Source of the DNA: Lama guanicoe
Lineage: Eukaryota
Direction: 5' to 3'
DNA length: 64,000 nt
Assembly: GCA_013239625.1 (NCBI GenBank)
Contig: MU054323.1
Location: forward strand, 1,488,001 to 1,552,000
Shown: in pieces, positions 1 to 12,715 of the stretch
Layout: each line of letters opens with the position of its first letter
How positions within the stretch are numbered: the first letter of the stretch is position 1
Position numbers and translations under genes: made by a program
The notes under the pieces: model-generated
Databases searched by the model: none
The model's input: the letters and a program-made list of their open reading frames with translations, nothing else
What the model was told of the DNA's origin: nothing

Positions 1-102
1 GACCGAGGTCAGTGGGATGGAGACGGACCCTAAGTGAGGCATACACACCGATTTCAAAGACAGTCCTCCCAAATGTCAAATATTTCGTTAAAACTCTACT
101 AC

Positions 103-262
103 CAATTACATGTTAAAATGATATAATATACTGGATTAAATAAAATTTTATTAGAATTAATTTCACCTGTTTTTTTAAAATATGGTTATTAGAAAACTTC
201 AGGTGACCTACGTGGCTCACGTTTGTGGCTCACAGCATCTTTCCATCCCCAACAGGGCTCCT
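103..262. mobile_element. hAT-Charlie MITE fragment (MER33/MER3-like)
   Basis: Contains aattaatttcacctgttt...gtggctcac...tttgtggctcaca, typical of MER33. Recognised by eye. Confidence 0.55.
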
Positions 263-1059
263 CTCAGAGGTATTCACAGTCGGTCCTGCATCTGGAGGGT
301 GTTTAGCTGTCATAAAACATCTACCTTTCTTTAGGATAGAAGCACAGAGAGTCAGGCCTGGAAGGACGATCTTCAAACATTTTGTTCAGTCTCCTGATTT
401 ACAGGCAGAGAAACTGAGGCCCTAAGAGGAGAAATGATTCTGGGGCTCTGGGTGTTACATGTAGGCGGTCCACCCTGACCCTGGGGCCCAGGCCCAGGCC
501 TCCACCTAGGGCTGCTGGCCGTTCTTTTCCAGCGCCTCCCGCCCTGCCGGGCCTCCCCTCCCCTCCAGGGAAGGCCTGGAGGGCTCCCCTTGGGGAGCTC
601 TGCATCTTTATTCATGAGCCTGGCGGAGGTGGGGGCAGGGGAGCCTGTCGGAAGGCTGCTTTCTGCTTTCCCTGCAGAGAGATAAATATGGAAATGTGAG
701 AGGAGAGCTTCCCTGTCAGGAGTCAGGACCGCAGTCTCATCTAATGCACAGACAACTGGGGCTGGAGGAGGAGGCTCCCTGGGGCCCCTCAGCCCCAGCT
801 CAGCGCCCCCTGCAGCCTCTGTCCCCTTGGCGGCAAGGTCACCCAGGCACTCAGCGACTCACTGGGCGTCTCCCCCCACTGGCCCTTGGTTTCCGTTTCC
901 CACAGCACCTCCCACAGGCCGCCCCCCAACAACCCACAAACGCACACATGCCTGCTCACCTCCTGCTACCTCCGGAGCCCGCTCAGGCCCCCCTCCTCCA
1001 GCCTGCCTCTCCCGACCTCTCCAGGCTCCTTCAGGTCCTGGATGCACAGAGTCTACATT

Positions 1060-1210
1060 CTTGCTTCCTAAAGTGTGGTCCGTGGACCAGCAGCCTCTGC
1101 ATCATGAGAGTGTTTGATGTTCAGCCACTGCAGCCCCCTCCCAAACTGCTGAATCAGAATCCGCATTTTAACAAGACCCTCAGGAGACTGGTGTTCGCAG
1201 AAGCTGGTGT
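1060..1210. mobile_element. MER5-like hAT-Charlie MITE
   Basis: aaagtgtggtccgtggaccagcagc...actgctgaatcagaatccgcattttaacaagaccctcagg. Confidence 0.7.
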
Positions 1211-1599
1211 TCTGTCCACAGCGGTGAGAGCAGGACCCTGTGTCAGGTCATCACGGTGCCCACTGCCAGGCTCTAAGCGCAGAAAGAACGCGCTCTGGGG
1301 GATCATTCGAAGTGATACAGCACATTCCCAGGCGCCATCCCACATCAACGCCCTGTGCCCTGAGTAGTTAAGTCAAAACCCCTGGGCTCTGGCCAAAGCC
1401 CACAACCCCCAGGCGATCTCTGGCCAGTTTGGCCCATTGGGAGCTTCTGAAGATCTGCTGACCTCACCCACCCAGCTTCTCAGCTGCATCTGTCTGATCA
1501 GCATGGATGCAGATGGTCTATGGTGGTACATGGTGAGAGTTAAGGGCAGAATTGGGATTTTGCCCTTTTTAGTGCCTGTGTTCCTGTATTAGATCAGAG

Positions 1600-1840
1600 G
1601 TGTATAGCTTAAAGGCTGAGAGTATACCTTCTAGAGTGAAACGGTTCAACTCCACCGCTAACTAGGTATGCGATCTGGGACAAATTAACATAATATGCCT
1701 GTGCCTCTGTTTACCCGCCTCTGTAGTGGGCTCGCAGTGGTACCTATGTCAGAGGGTTGTTAGACGATTGCTTGGGAGAATGTTGGCAGTGTACTTAAAC
1801 AGGCCAGGCACGCAGGAAGGGCTATAAAAGTGTTGCAATT
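1600..1840 (+). mobile_element. MIR SINE relic
   Basis: ggttcaactccaccgctaactagg...gggacaaattaac...tgcctctgtttacc...gtacctatgtcagagggttgtt, the MIR core pattern. Confidence 0.55.
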
Positions 1841-2393
1841 AAATCAGCATCTTTTGTCAAGTATGATTTTGTCAGTCGTGCAGATTTACAGTTTAGAATT
1901 ACAGGCATTGATTGGCCCTCTCGGGCTCATGGAGATCCAGCTCCCTTGTTCTACACAAAAGGAAGCAGGACCAGGTTGTTCAGACCCTCTTCCAACACTA
2001 AACAGCCAGTAAGCGGCAGGATTGGTACTTGGTCGCTGACCCTTATCTGCTCCGGGGTAATGCCCTGCAGGACACGGTTAAAGGGCAGAGCGGCAGCAGG
2101 TCGGGCACCGGAGCCTCACCCTCGTGTGGCTTCGGCCCTTTGTCCATGTTAGGGTGGGAGGATTCCAGCTACGGTCCTCCTGGCAAACTCTCCTGAGATC
2201 TAATCTCTCAGTTGGTTCTTCTCGATCACTGAGTCAAGAATCAGATCACATTTACTGGAGTTACTCCCCAGGAAGGGGAAAATCAGGGAGTCTGGGAAGA
2301 TAGACAGCAGAGGCAGCCTCCTCCCCAGGGAAGTATGTCCAAGGCTGGCTCGCCTCTGTCTCTGAGTCTGTGCCCGGAGGATGAGAGGTGGTG

Positions 2394-2610
2394 ATACAGA
2401 TGGAGATATGATAAAGAGAGAGAGAGATGAGAGATAGTCAAGGTATAGAGATAAGATACGCTACAGAGATAGAGAGAGAGCTATATAGATAGAAATAGAA
2501 ACATGTTACAGAACTAGAGATATAACCTACATACAGAGATAAAGGTACGTAGATGGATGTCAATGCAGATACGGTTGTAGATTTAGATACAGATACACTT
2601 GTAGATAGAG
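2394..2610. repeat. Degenerate (AGATAG/AGATAC)n simple repeat
   Basis: Repeated gatag/gatac/agag units seen directly. Confidence 0.75.
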
Positions 2611-2729
2611 TCGTCCTTCGAAGTTTGAGCCTGTAATTAGGACAGACCGACACCAGGAGGCAGTCGGTCCTTTGGTTAACAACAAATCCAAAATTATAAG
2701 ACGAACACCCACTTGCCAAATTCATTATT

Positions 2730-2830
2730 TTCTTCCTCCTCCTCTTCCTCCTCCTCCCCTTCCTCCTCCTCCCCTTCCTCCTCCTCCCCTCCCTCCTCCT
2801 TCCCCTTCCTCCTCCTCCTCCTTCTTCTTT
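2730..2830. repeat. (CCT)n-type pure polypyrimidine tract
   Basis: About 100 nt of only C and T: tcttcctcctcctcttcctcctcctccccttcc... Confidence 0.9.
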
Positions 2831-4553
2831 TAGGATTTTACTTTGAGAATCTGAAAAATAAATAAAACATTACAGCGAAAAGGAATTTTGAAGCTTATCT
2901 GATTTATCCCCTCATTTTATATCCGGGGAAATGGAAGTCCTCAGAGGCAAAGGGGCTTGACTTTAGTCACACCTGGACACCCTGTCACAACCCAGCATCT
3001 GCTCCTCTGCAACGAATTGCTTCCTTTATCCGCCCTGAGCCCATGTAAAGCGTCTACAGCAGAACAGGTCCTAATCTAAAACCAGTGAGGTGTAGTTTCT
3101 ATATAATAAAGGGCAAAATGTAGTATTTCCCTTGAAGAAGAGGTGATTTGGCCTTTTCTCATAGTGAGATTTCTCAAGTGAGGGAGACCTGAAAAATCAG
3201 TGAGGGGTCTGGATTTTTGCTGCCGGTATCTTGTTTTCTATGAGAAAGTAACAGAACTTCTCTGGGAGTTCATGACTTCTTTGGGTCAATATGCATATCC
3301 AGGGACCTGGTCTAGGACATGGATGGAAATTGCTTCCCCTGACCCAAGGGGCAAAATCCCTTCTCTAGAAACTTAGTTCAGGGTTAATCTTCTTCTCAAA
3401 TTGATGCAGTTACGTAAGAACCAAGAGCTGATAGTGGTTCTCTTGTAATAAAGACTGGAGTCCTAAGGGGTCCATGACTGTAGAGAATGGGTACTGTCAT
3501 CCAGAGGACAACAGGAGGGGCAGCTCTGAGAAGTGACCTCGGGATCTGGGTGACCCCTGTCGGGGCGGGTAGGGTGGCTGTGGCTTTGCCCGCCTTCCAG
3601 AGAGCCCATATGTGGAAGGCAGCTCACATTCTGGGCTGCATCTACCTTCGATTCTTTACATCTGCTGGAGGGCAAGGGACCAGGTCTTACATTTTGTGCT
3701 TACGCTCCGTTGCCCCTCCTCACCCTCCCTGCCCACGCAGAGCTCAGCACAGATAGAGCGTGTCACCCACTAGGCTTCTGGGAGTATCTGTTGAATGAAC
3801 ACTGAGGCAGAAGACAGTTTTTGGACGCACCATTTCTAATTAAGGGGAGACTCTCTCTCTACTTTTTCCCGTCCACCTGACCAAGTGCATGTACAGCTCT
3901 GGGAATGATTCATAACCTCACGAATCATCGGCTAAAGCAGTAATGGGGATGACAGTTTTCAGGCCAAATGGAGAGCCTTCTTGCGCAGAGTTGACTGAAG
4001 ACAACCTTCAGAACACATTTCAACCCTTTTACTGGTCACTGGGTGGATTTTCTGCTGTGCTGTCTCCTCGGGCTCGAAAATGACCTGCTGTGCTGAGTCA
4101 TTCATTCATCTGGCCAATAGTTACTGATCACCTCCTGTGTGCCTGGCCCTGTGCTAGGCTCTGAGGGGTGGGCAAAACCAGGCCATTTCCTGCTGCCGTT
4201 TAGTTTATAGTCCACTAGGGGAGGAAGGCCTTAATCAAACAATCCCATGAACATTTCTTCACGATTTGGATCAATGTTAGAGCAGACTCAGTGATATGCA
4301 CGTGTGTAATGGGGGCTTCTGACCTCGGCTCAGAGAAAGCTTTCCTGAGAAAATGAATACTGAATCAAGGTCTAAAGAATAAACAGGCATTAACTGAGCC
4401 AGGGCAGAAGAGGAGCGTTCCAGACAAAGGGCCTGGAGAGGCAGGTGTTGAACCAGGTCACCCAGAGGAAGCCCCTGGCTGAGTCCAGCAGAGGTGAGGA
4501 GATGATCTCAGGGGCAGAGTAGTCATATTTCAAGTGTGCGACAGAGAAGACTT

Positions 4554-5019
4554 TGTTACCAAGTTGTCCAAGCTCATGCTGATGCCACATGACAGGCCAG
4601 TAAGTCGAGAGAGAAGCTGTTGGGGCAAGGAACAGCAACTTTATTCAGAAAGCCAGCAGACTGAGAAGATGGTGAGCTAGTGTCCCAAGAACCATCTTGC
4701 CCAGTTTGGATGCTAGTTTCTTTTATAGAACAAAGAGGGGGAGGTGAGGAAGTAAAGTAAGAAAGGCGGTAAATTCTTGCAAAGACTCGGGAGGGAATGT
4801 GTTAATTTCTTCTTCCCTGCAGCCATTCACAGGTGGGCCTGAGCAGGATGTTTCCTGTGAGCTAAACAAAGGCATTTTAGTTTAACACTCAGGCAGGGGC
4901 CATTATGTATACTTTAAGCTGTAGGCAACATGCCTTTAGTGATTAACTTGTAGCAAAAGTAATAGAATACAAAGGTTAAAGAAAAAGAAACAGATCCCAT
5001 ATGGATCGTTCCTATGACA
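4554..5019 (-). mobile_element. ERV1-type solo LTR
   Basis: TG...CA termini, near-identical 4-bp flanks ACTT/ACTC. Minus-strand TATAAAAG (4720-4727) followed by AATAAA (4640-4645). Confidence 0.7.
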
Positions 5020-5740
5020 ACTCCACCCTTGGGGAGGGATGCTGTTGGTGGGCTCGTAAGCCAGACACCTTAGGCTTCGGACATTTGAGAACAAAGGGAA
5101 ACAGAATTGACCCGAGTGAGGATATTTTAAAAGGGACTGTGTCTTGTGAAGGTTTGGATGGCAGACCTCTCCATGACGGTGAGAGCAGAGTGGTCCAAGA
5201 ATACTCTTCTGTTCTTTGATCCCAACGTGAGCTCTATTTCAGGCAGACTAATGGGCAGAAATCTATTCCGAGGTCCGAGGGCTGCCCAGCATCAGCAGGG
5301 GGCTGGAGAGAGACCGGTCCTCCTCAGAGGTCTCGCTGCCACTCCCTCCTGACACAGCACATCAGCTTTCTCAGTGCCCAAGGCCGTGCTTGTGAAAACC
5401 TCCCCGGCCACCTGAAGGTCAGACGGAGAACCGCTGGGGGACCTTCCTCCTCCATCCAGTTGAGGCAGGCCCCAGGGACACTGGGAGAGGGGAAGGATTC
5501 TCGTGGGGAATGTTACAGTGTCTTCTCAGAACTTAGTACAACTTCTAGAAGGAAGAGCTATACGGACGGCAGCAAGATGGTGCAGAGAGCTGGAGGCGGG
5601 GAGGGAAGCACAGCGTTTTGAGGCCATTTCGTAATGCAGCCACCTGTGCCGCACTTGGGGTGGCGGGGCCAGGGGTACGGACACATATTAAGCATGAAGT
5701 GTCTGGGGCCATGCAGCATCTCTTAAGGAAACAAACCTTT

Positions 5741-6234
5741 TGTCGACTGAAATAAACGCGCAGCCTTAAAGTTAAGAGTTATGTTTGATTTGGAGGGAGG
5801 ACTCGAGCCGGGATGACAGCCTCCCAGATCGCTCTGAGGGACTGCTCCGAAGAGGTAGGGGAGGAGCCGGGATATATAGGAGCTTTACAACAAAGACCAG
5901 GTAGTTGGAACAATAAAAGATGACTTGTTACCGAAAGAAAACCAGGCACCTCAAGTTAAAGAATTTAGTGCTTTTCTATGTATGGGAGGAAGCAAACATT
6001 TGGGCTCACTGAATTCATTCCTTTGACAAGCACCTAGCTATCTAGGGCCAGTATCCTGTCCTTTCTTATTCTGAGTCCGCTCAGAGTGCACCATTGTGAG
6101 TGGCTGCAGAGGCCGGGCTGCAGGCCTGTCCCCACTGGGGGGTGGCGGCAGCCGCTGATGACTTGGTTTCAGCATTCTTTGTTTACTAATATGGTTGCAG
6201 TATTTTCACTCACATGGCAGTATTTTCTTTCACA
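5741..6234 (-). mobile_element. ERV1-type solo LTR (MER41-like, laurasiatherian type)
   Basis: TG...CA termini, flanks CTTT/TTTT. Contains cagatcgctctgagggactgctccgaagaggtaggggaggagccgggatatatagg, which I recall from MER41-like LTRs. Many CpGs retained. Confidence 0.65.
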
Positions 6235-7287
6235 TTTTCAGTAGTCACAACTGGATAGATTATGATAAGATGGAAATGTGGGGCTTTGGACTACTATCTG
6301 TAAGGAAAACCTCTGCTGTGGCTTAGGAGCAAGCTGGTTAATTCATGCAAAGTTTCCTGTTGTCTCCCTGGGGGGGAGACAAGGCCTCCAGCATTTGCTG
6401 CGGATTTCTTCTCCTGCCCATTGGTCGGTCCTAAGTAAGGGTGTGGAATACAGACAGAGTCTAGGCTTGTGTGATCCAGGAACATTTTAGACTCTGAGAC
6501 CTTTCCTAAACTATGATGAAGAGTAGCGAATTGTCAGCCACCTGCATATTGGGGTGGGGGAAGGGGCCTGCACACTAAATTTCTGTTACGTTTCAAACTC
6601 ATAAGACCATCTCCATTATTCTCATTTGTGGCTTATACACTTGTATCATAGTGTAATTTTATACTTAACGTAGTTGTTTGATTAATACCTATTTCCCCCA
6701 CTATCCTTAATATGCTATGTATTTTTTCTACTTTATTCAGCACCTAACATAGTGCTTGACACATAGTAATTGCTCAATAAATGTTTGTTGAGTTAAAGAA
6801 TGAATGAATCACAAAAAATATCCCTCAAGAGGCATTTTAGTATTTTCATGTAGTACATACATCCTGCCAGGAGGTGGCGATAAATAAACACCACCAAGGA
6901 TTTAGAGATGATGGAAGCTAAGAATTACGTAATGCAACAAATTGGTTTGTTTCATCCTTCCATGTGGGTTTAAGTTTATTTCCTCATCTAATACTTGATT
7001 AAGAGAAACAGGATGGAGCAGAAATGACCAGACAAATCCGCTTTCAAATCCTGCCTCTCCCACAGCCAGCCAGGCGCCTTAGGCAAATGCGTGGACGTTT
7101 CAAGCTTGTTCCTCACCCACAGCAAGGAGTTTACGATAGCAGGTTTTGTTATAAGGATTAAATGGAATAACACACTACGTAGTATTAGAAGTGGGCCCAT
7201 TTCTATGTGAAAATCATGACAGTGTTACAATAAACGTGGAGGCAGATGGAAATCTTCCCCTAACTTTCTACCTTCTGTTTTGTATCC

Positions 7288-7495
7288 AGGGGTCCCTCAG
7301 TAACCGTGGGGGATTGGTTCCAGGACCCCCACAATATGAACTCCATGGATGCTCAAGTCCCTCATATAAACTGGCCTAGTATAGTTGGCCCTCCGTAGCA
7401 GGGGTCACACACTCACGGATTCAGCCAACCACGGGTCACATTTCAAATCTGGCTCCACAGTCGGTTGAATTCAGGGATATGGACACCCAGGACCA
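7288..7495. mobile_element. TcMar-Tigger MITE (MER2-like)
   Basis: gtccctcagtaaccgtgggggattggttccaggacccc...ggatgctcaagtccctcatataaa resembles the MER2 terminus. Confidence 0.7.
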
Positions 7496-7699
7496 AAGGT
7501 GTTCCCTCTTCTCCAGAGGGTGTGAACAGTTCTCACTGCTCCTCTGCAAAACGTGGCAACAGATTGACGCAGTGGGAGGAGAACTTGAGGGTTTGCTGGA
7601 CCTTTCTCAGTCCATGTTTCCTTGACCATGAAATGGAGCTGAGGGTAACGGCTTGGCAGGGATAGTTTGAGAATTAATGACATCGCGTAAATCATACTG

Positions 7700-7930
7700 G
7701 TCAGTAGAGAAGCCACTGGCCATATATGGTTATCGAAATTAATATGAAAATGTCCTGTTCTGCAGTCACTCCAGTAACACTTCAGTCCACTGTCCTTTGC
7801 TCTTTTTTTTTCTATTTTATTCCCATCACCTAATACAGTGGTTGACACATCTGGCTAGTGGTTGTCGTTTTGGGCAGTGTGGTTTATAGAATATTGCCAT
7901 CATCCCAAGAAGTTCTATGGGACAGAGCTG
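7700..7930. mobile_element. MER3-like hAT-Charlie MITE (interrupted)
   Basis: agccactggccatatatggtta...cacatctggctagtgg...tagaatattgccatcatcccaagaagttctatgggacag. Confidence 0.6.
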
Positions 7931-10900
7931 CCTAGATTATAACAAATGTCCAGCCGGTGGTAGCTGTTTTCAGCAGCAGCGTTTGGTCACCCGGTTACCT
8001 TCAGGCTGACACCATAAACACTCCTTTCACTTGGCCATTGGACAAGGTGGTAATCAGCAGGTACCATCTGCAGGACTTGTCCTATGTGCTGTGAACACAA
8101 TGGCGATCAAATAGGTTTGTGCTCTGGGGATTCACAGTTCAATAATAGATATTAAATAAGTAATCCCCTAAGTGAGTAGGAACGACAGGTGGTGCTAAAC
8201 CTCTGCCCTAAAAACCTGCCTCTCTGCTACCAAGTAAAGGTTACGAACCAAACCATTTGGGCTGCCTTGAGGAGTCTAGGAGATGCTGAAGTTTTTACTG
8301 ATCCTGACTGTACAGTACAGTTATTAGGAAGGACAGCATCAAAAAGGAATTAGTTCACGCTTTCGTTCACTGATTATTGAGCACTTACTATGTGTCAGTT
8401 AGGCAACAACAGAGCATGAGACGCTTTTCTCATGGAATTTGCATTTTTCATGGAGGAAGAAAGACAATGAATAAATCATTAAAATATGTTGTATGGTCGT
8501 CAGCTTTTTGGAGAAAAATAAAGCAGTGAAGGAAGATGTAGAATTCTGGGAATGGGGGAGTTGACACTGTAATGAGGACTTTTAAAATATTTTTCATGAC
8601 GGTTCAGTTGTAGTGAAAACCCTCCTCTTCCCTCACGGGGGCGTGGATGTGGTCAGCTGATGCAGCAGTCCTGTTTCACAGATGACAGTGAGCTGCTAAC
8701 AGAAGTGACACAGTGACAGATACAAAGACGGGCGAGACCGCGGACCCCATGATCCCCGGGAACTTACGGAGCTTCTCCTTGGGGGCCCCGAGCAAGGAGC
8801 TGGGGGGGAGCAGAGATGAACAAGCTGTCTCTGCCTGCACAGAACTCACAGGTGGCGAGGGACACAGACAGGACTAGAAGTTTCTGCGGTCGAGAGCAGA
8901 GGGTTTGAAAAGATTCATCTAGAAATAAGTGAAGCACAAACCAAGCAGAGGGAGAGATTCTGTCCAGCCGTGAGGGGGGCCTGGAGGTAGAGCCTTTGAG
9001 CCGGACACGCAGACAGGGAAGGCCTATGAACTGTGAAGGCCACGGGCAGGTTTGGTGACACCTAAGAAGACACTGCGGCTCAGAGGCATGAAGCAGAGCA
9101 ATGAGAGAGATGCCTGTGCATTGGGGCGGTCACGAAGGGCCACACAGAGCAGGCGAGAAGCCGGGATTCAGCGGTGCCAGGGCGGCCTGAGGGCTGAGCT
9201 GAGAGCAGAGAGGAGCAGGACACACAGTGTTTAAGGCGCATAGTGGGTCAGGTACGGGAGCCCTTGAACGGCAAGCGAAGGAGCTCGGATTTGATTCCAC
9301 AGAGCGTTTCTGTGAAGAGAAATTACATCATTGGAGCCACATTTCAGAGAGGTCGGTGTGGCCTGGGTGTCGGACCTGGAGGCGGCCAGAGGCAGGAGGA
9401 GCTGGGAGATTTTGGTCAGGATCAACGCGAGGCCATGGGGCCCTGGCCGAGGCAGAAGGGAGAGCAGGGGCACCCTCTGTGGATACTTGCAGTGGCAAGT
9501 GGACGGGGGAGATGGGGAAATGGGGTGTGGAGAGAAGCCAAGGACATCTTGCCCCGCCAGGCCCTCGCTGGAGGAGACCCACAGAGTGAGGAGACGAAGG
9601 AGGTGTCCGAGGGGACTCTGAGCCCTTCTCCTCGGCAGTGCCGGGTGGGCTCGGGGAGCTCCCTGTGACCCAGCTCAGGAGACAGACGGCCCATGCTGTG
9701 CCCAGCTGACTGGACTCTGCTGAGAATCTGACTGGGGGGCTCCTGGAAGGTCTTCCAGGAAGAGGAGGCAGGTGCCCACAACTGCTGGCAGGTACAAACG
9801 GCATTTCCAGGCATCCTGGGGAGGGGGAGTCCGCAGGAAAGAGAGATGTGCGTCCCAGAGGAATTAACTCAGAAATGTCTAGAAATCAGTCCGGGGGATG
9901 CTGTGGGACAAATGCCCCCTTCTGCTTGTCAGTCAGCAGCAGAGAGCAGGCATCCACACCAGTTCTCTGCCACACAGAACCTCCCCTGGAAAGTCTGCTG
10001 AGGACCCCCATTCCTGGCCCTGTTTCCACTTTTGGGACAGAGCGGGGAAAGCTGTGTGATCTTGCTCTCTACTAACCTTGGCCCAAATGCGGACCTGAGC
10101 ACAGCAGAAGCAGGAGGCCTCACGGGGCTGGCCTTTTCTCAACTCCCTTGTCCTCATTTCCGAGGTGCTCATCCTCAGCGGAACCTCCCACCGCAGGCTT
10201 GGCCTGTTCCCTGCAAGCCAAGGCTCCCTCACTTGGTTAACAAAGACTGGGAGCACGGCTGAGTGGAGCAAGGGACGTGTGGTCCAGCAGAGGAACGCCG
10301 CGTGCGCGAAGATCACTGGGCTGCAAGGAGAGAGGGGTCGACATCAGGCTGTTTGCAGAGGAAGGGCCTGGGGGAGGTGGCAGCTTCAGGTGATGGGAAG
10401 AGGCAGAACTGAGCAGTAGGTGAGGGTCCGACAGACAGAGGGAGCTGTGTGGGCCAAGACCGAGGCTGGAAACCACAGGGCACTTAAGGATCCATGAGTA
10501 ATTCCATCTGGCTTCCACAGATAAGGGATCCCACCCCAAGCTAGAAACAGAGCAGGCCCTTAAGTTCACCTGTAAGTTGCTTTTCAGCACCAGGGGGACG
10601 GTTTCCTGCAGACATCACGCTTCACTTGGCATCTGGGTCCTGGTCTCACCCGAGGTCAGCAGCCTCTAAAGCCCCTTTCCTCAGAGCATAACCAGAGCAC
10701 AGGACTGTCCCTGTGGTAGGACGAGGATAGACCGCTGTGTGGCCCTGAGTAGGGGTATCATCAGAAGGGCCAGAAGTGTTCAGGGACCGCAGGCTACTTC
10801 TGCCCCCACTCCTGCCAACCTTCTGCTGTGAGGCTCTGAGCCCCCGCGTGTTGGAGCAGAAGCGCTGTGCCCTGCGCAGGGGCGAGGACAGGGCCTGAGA

Positions 10901-11325
10901 ATGCAGGCTGCAGCACCTGGGAGGCCTGGCTCCCGGCCACCATCACCCCCAGCCAGCCCGGAGCCCAGGGGACCGGCCGGGTCACCGTCATCCCCAGAAC
11001 TGAGCCTAGGGCTCTGCTGGCCAGAACCCGGAGCAGACCCTGCTCCACCCCCACACCCTGCTCTTCAAAGAGAAGCTTCTCTCAGGCGCCCTGAGGAGGG
11101 CAGGCTGCCCCACTGGTGCCAAACCCCAGCAAAGGCTTCCAGGAGCCGCACCACACAGCTTCCAGGGTCAGAAGGGCTCCTGGCTGGGGGCCTGGATTCC
11201 TGTCAGCAGGCATTAATCCACCAATCGCAGCTGCTTCCGGATGAGTTTTTGTTTTTTTTTTCTTTTTAATGGAAATACAGGATACACTTGATTTTAAAAT
11301 GTTGAACAAAAGTAGAAAAACTATA

Positions 11326-11345
11326 TGTGTGTGTGTGTGTGTGTA
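11326..11345. repeat. (TG)n microsatellite
   Basis: Direct observation. Confidence 0.9.
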
Positions 11346-11455
11346 CATAGGCATAAAAGAGAGGCTGGAAACTTACTGAAAATTAGCAATATTAAATCAT
11401 CTAATACAGTTTCTAAAATTTTTCATAACTAAATTTATTTTCTTTCAAACAAGTC

Positions 11456-11820
11456 ACATTGGGCTGAATGCTTGTGTGTCCCCAAAAGTCATATGTTGAT
11501 ACCTAATACCCAAAATGATGGTATTAGGAGGTAGGGCCTTAGGGAGGTGCTTAGGTCAGAAGGGTGGGGCCCTCATGAATGGAATTAGTGCCCTTATAAA
11601 AAAAAGAGACCCCGCAGAGTCCCCTTGCCCCTTCCACCACGTGAGGACAAAGTGAGAATCCGGTAGTTTGCAACCCAGAAAAGGGCCCTCGCCAGTACTT
11701 GACCATGCTGGCATCCTGATCTTGGACTTCTGGCCTCCAAAGCTATGAGAAATACATTTCTATTGCTTGTTAGCTACCCAGTCTGTGATAGTTTGTTATA
11801 GCAGCCTGAACTAAAAGACG
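11456..11820 (+). mobile_element. ERVL-MaLR solo LTR (MLT1A-like)
   Basis: gggctgaatg...gtcccc aaaagtcatatgttga...gatggtattaggagg...gcccttataaaa...ccacgtgaggaca...ttgttatagcagcctgaacta, matching the MLT1A pattern along its whole length. Confidence 0.85.
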
Positions 11821-12715
11821 TAAATGAAATATATATAATTATACATATATAAAATTTCAACTTCAGTTTTTTTTATTATATTTAAAGGTTTAGATTATTA
11901 ATGCCGCCAAAAATTATTTCATGCAGGAATTGGAGCAAAATACATTGAATTTTAAAAAATAAACGCCCGTCAAGCAACAATACGCCAAAATACTTGTACA
12001 TCTCAAGCACTATTTTCCTCCAAGAGAAGCGAAGATGAGTTCATGACCCTAATTTCTTCCTAAAGAGATTGAAGGGAGTATGGCTTCATTTTTCTGTGAT
12101 GATCTGTCCAAAGTTGAATGATTTCATCAAAAGAAGGAGCATTCCCCTGAAGAGGAAAACGTGAAGTGCTTAGAGCACAATAGGATGAATTTTCTACAGG
12201 AAACAGCCCCTCCAGATACCTGGGGGCTCTTGACCACACGCTTGGTTCTTCCAAAGTAAACGTGTTGGCTATAAAAGTCAGTAAATAGACATTCTGCAAG
12301 GCACATGTAACTTTTATAGCTTCAAATTTACAATTGATTCCAGATCTAAATGAATTTTTAATATACTGACCTGAGATGCCCAGCTATTTTTAGATAAGAC
12401 TATCAGATAGCCCTTAACTTAAAAGTATGCTGTGAGGCATAAAGTAGGTAAAGCTTTGCACTGCCAGAAACCTACACGGATGGAGAAAAATAATACGCGG
12501 AGACCTCGTGTCACTGCCCTTAGAAAGGCTGGTGGGACAGCCCTGAGGCTTGGGAATCCATCTCCATCAAGGAGCTCACTCCGCTCTGTTCTTAGGGTCC
12601 GTCACAGGTACCAGCTTTGTCCAGCAAGACCCCTGACCACAGGCAGATGGTGCATCAGCAAACAGCACCTGCCGAGAGAAAGATGAAGACCACTGATGCA
12701 CAGGGCACATGACAC

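Noticed and set aside
696..1367. 223-aa Pro/Gln/Leu-rich ORF
   Set aside because: GTG start, GC-rich low-complexity sequence, runs through a MER5 element, and resembles no protein I know.
6736..6755. RE1-like TTCAGCACCTAACATAGTGC
   Set aside because: Part of an L2 3' end and lacks the GGACAG right half-site.
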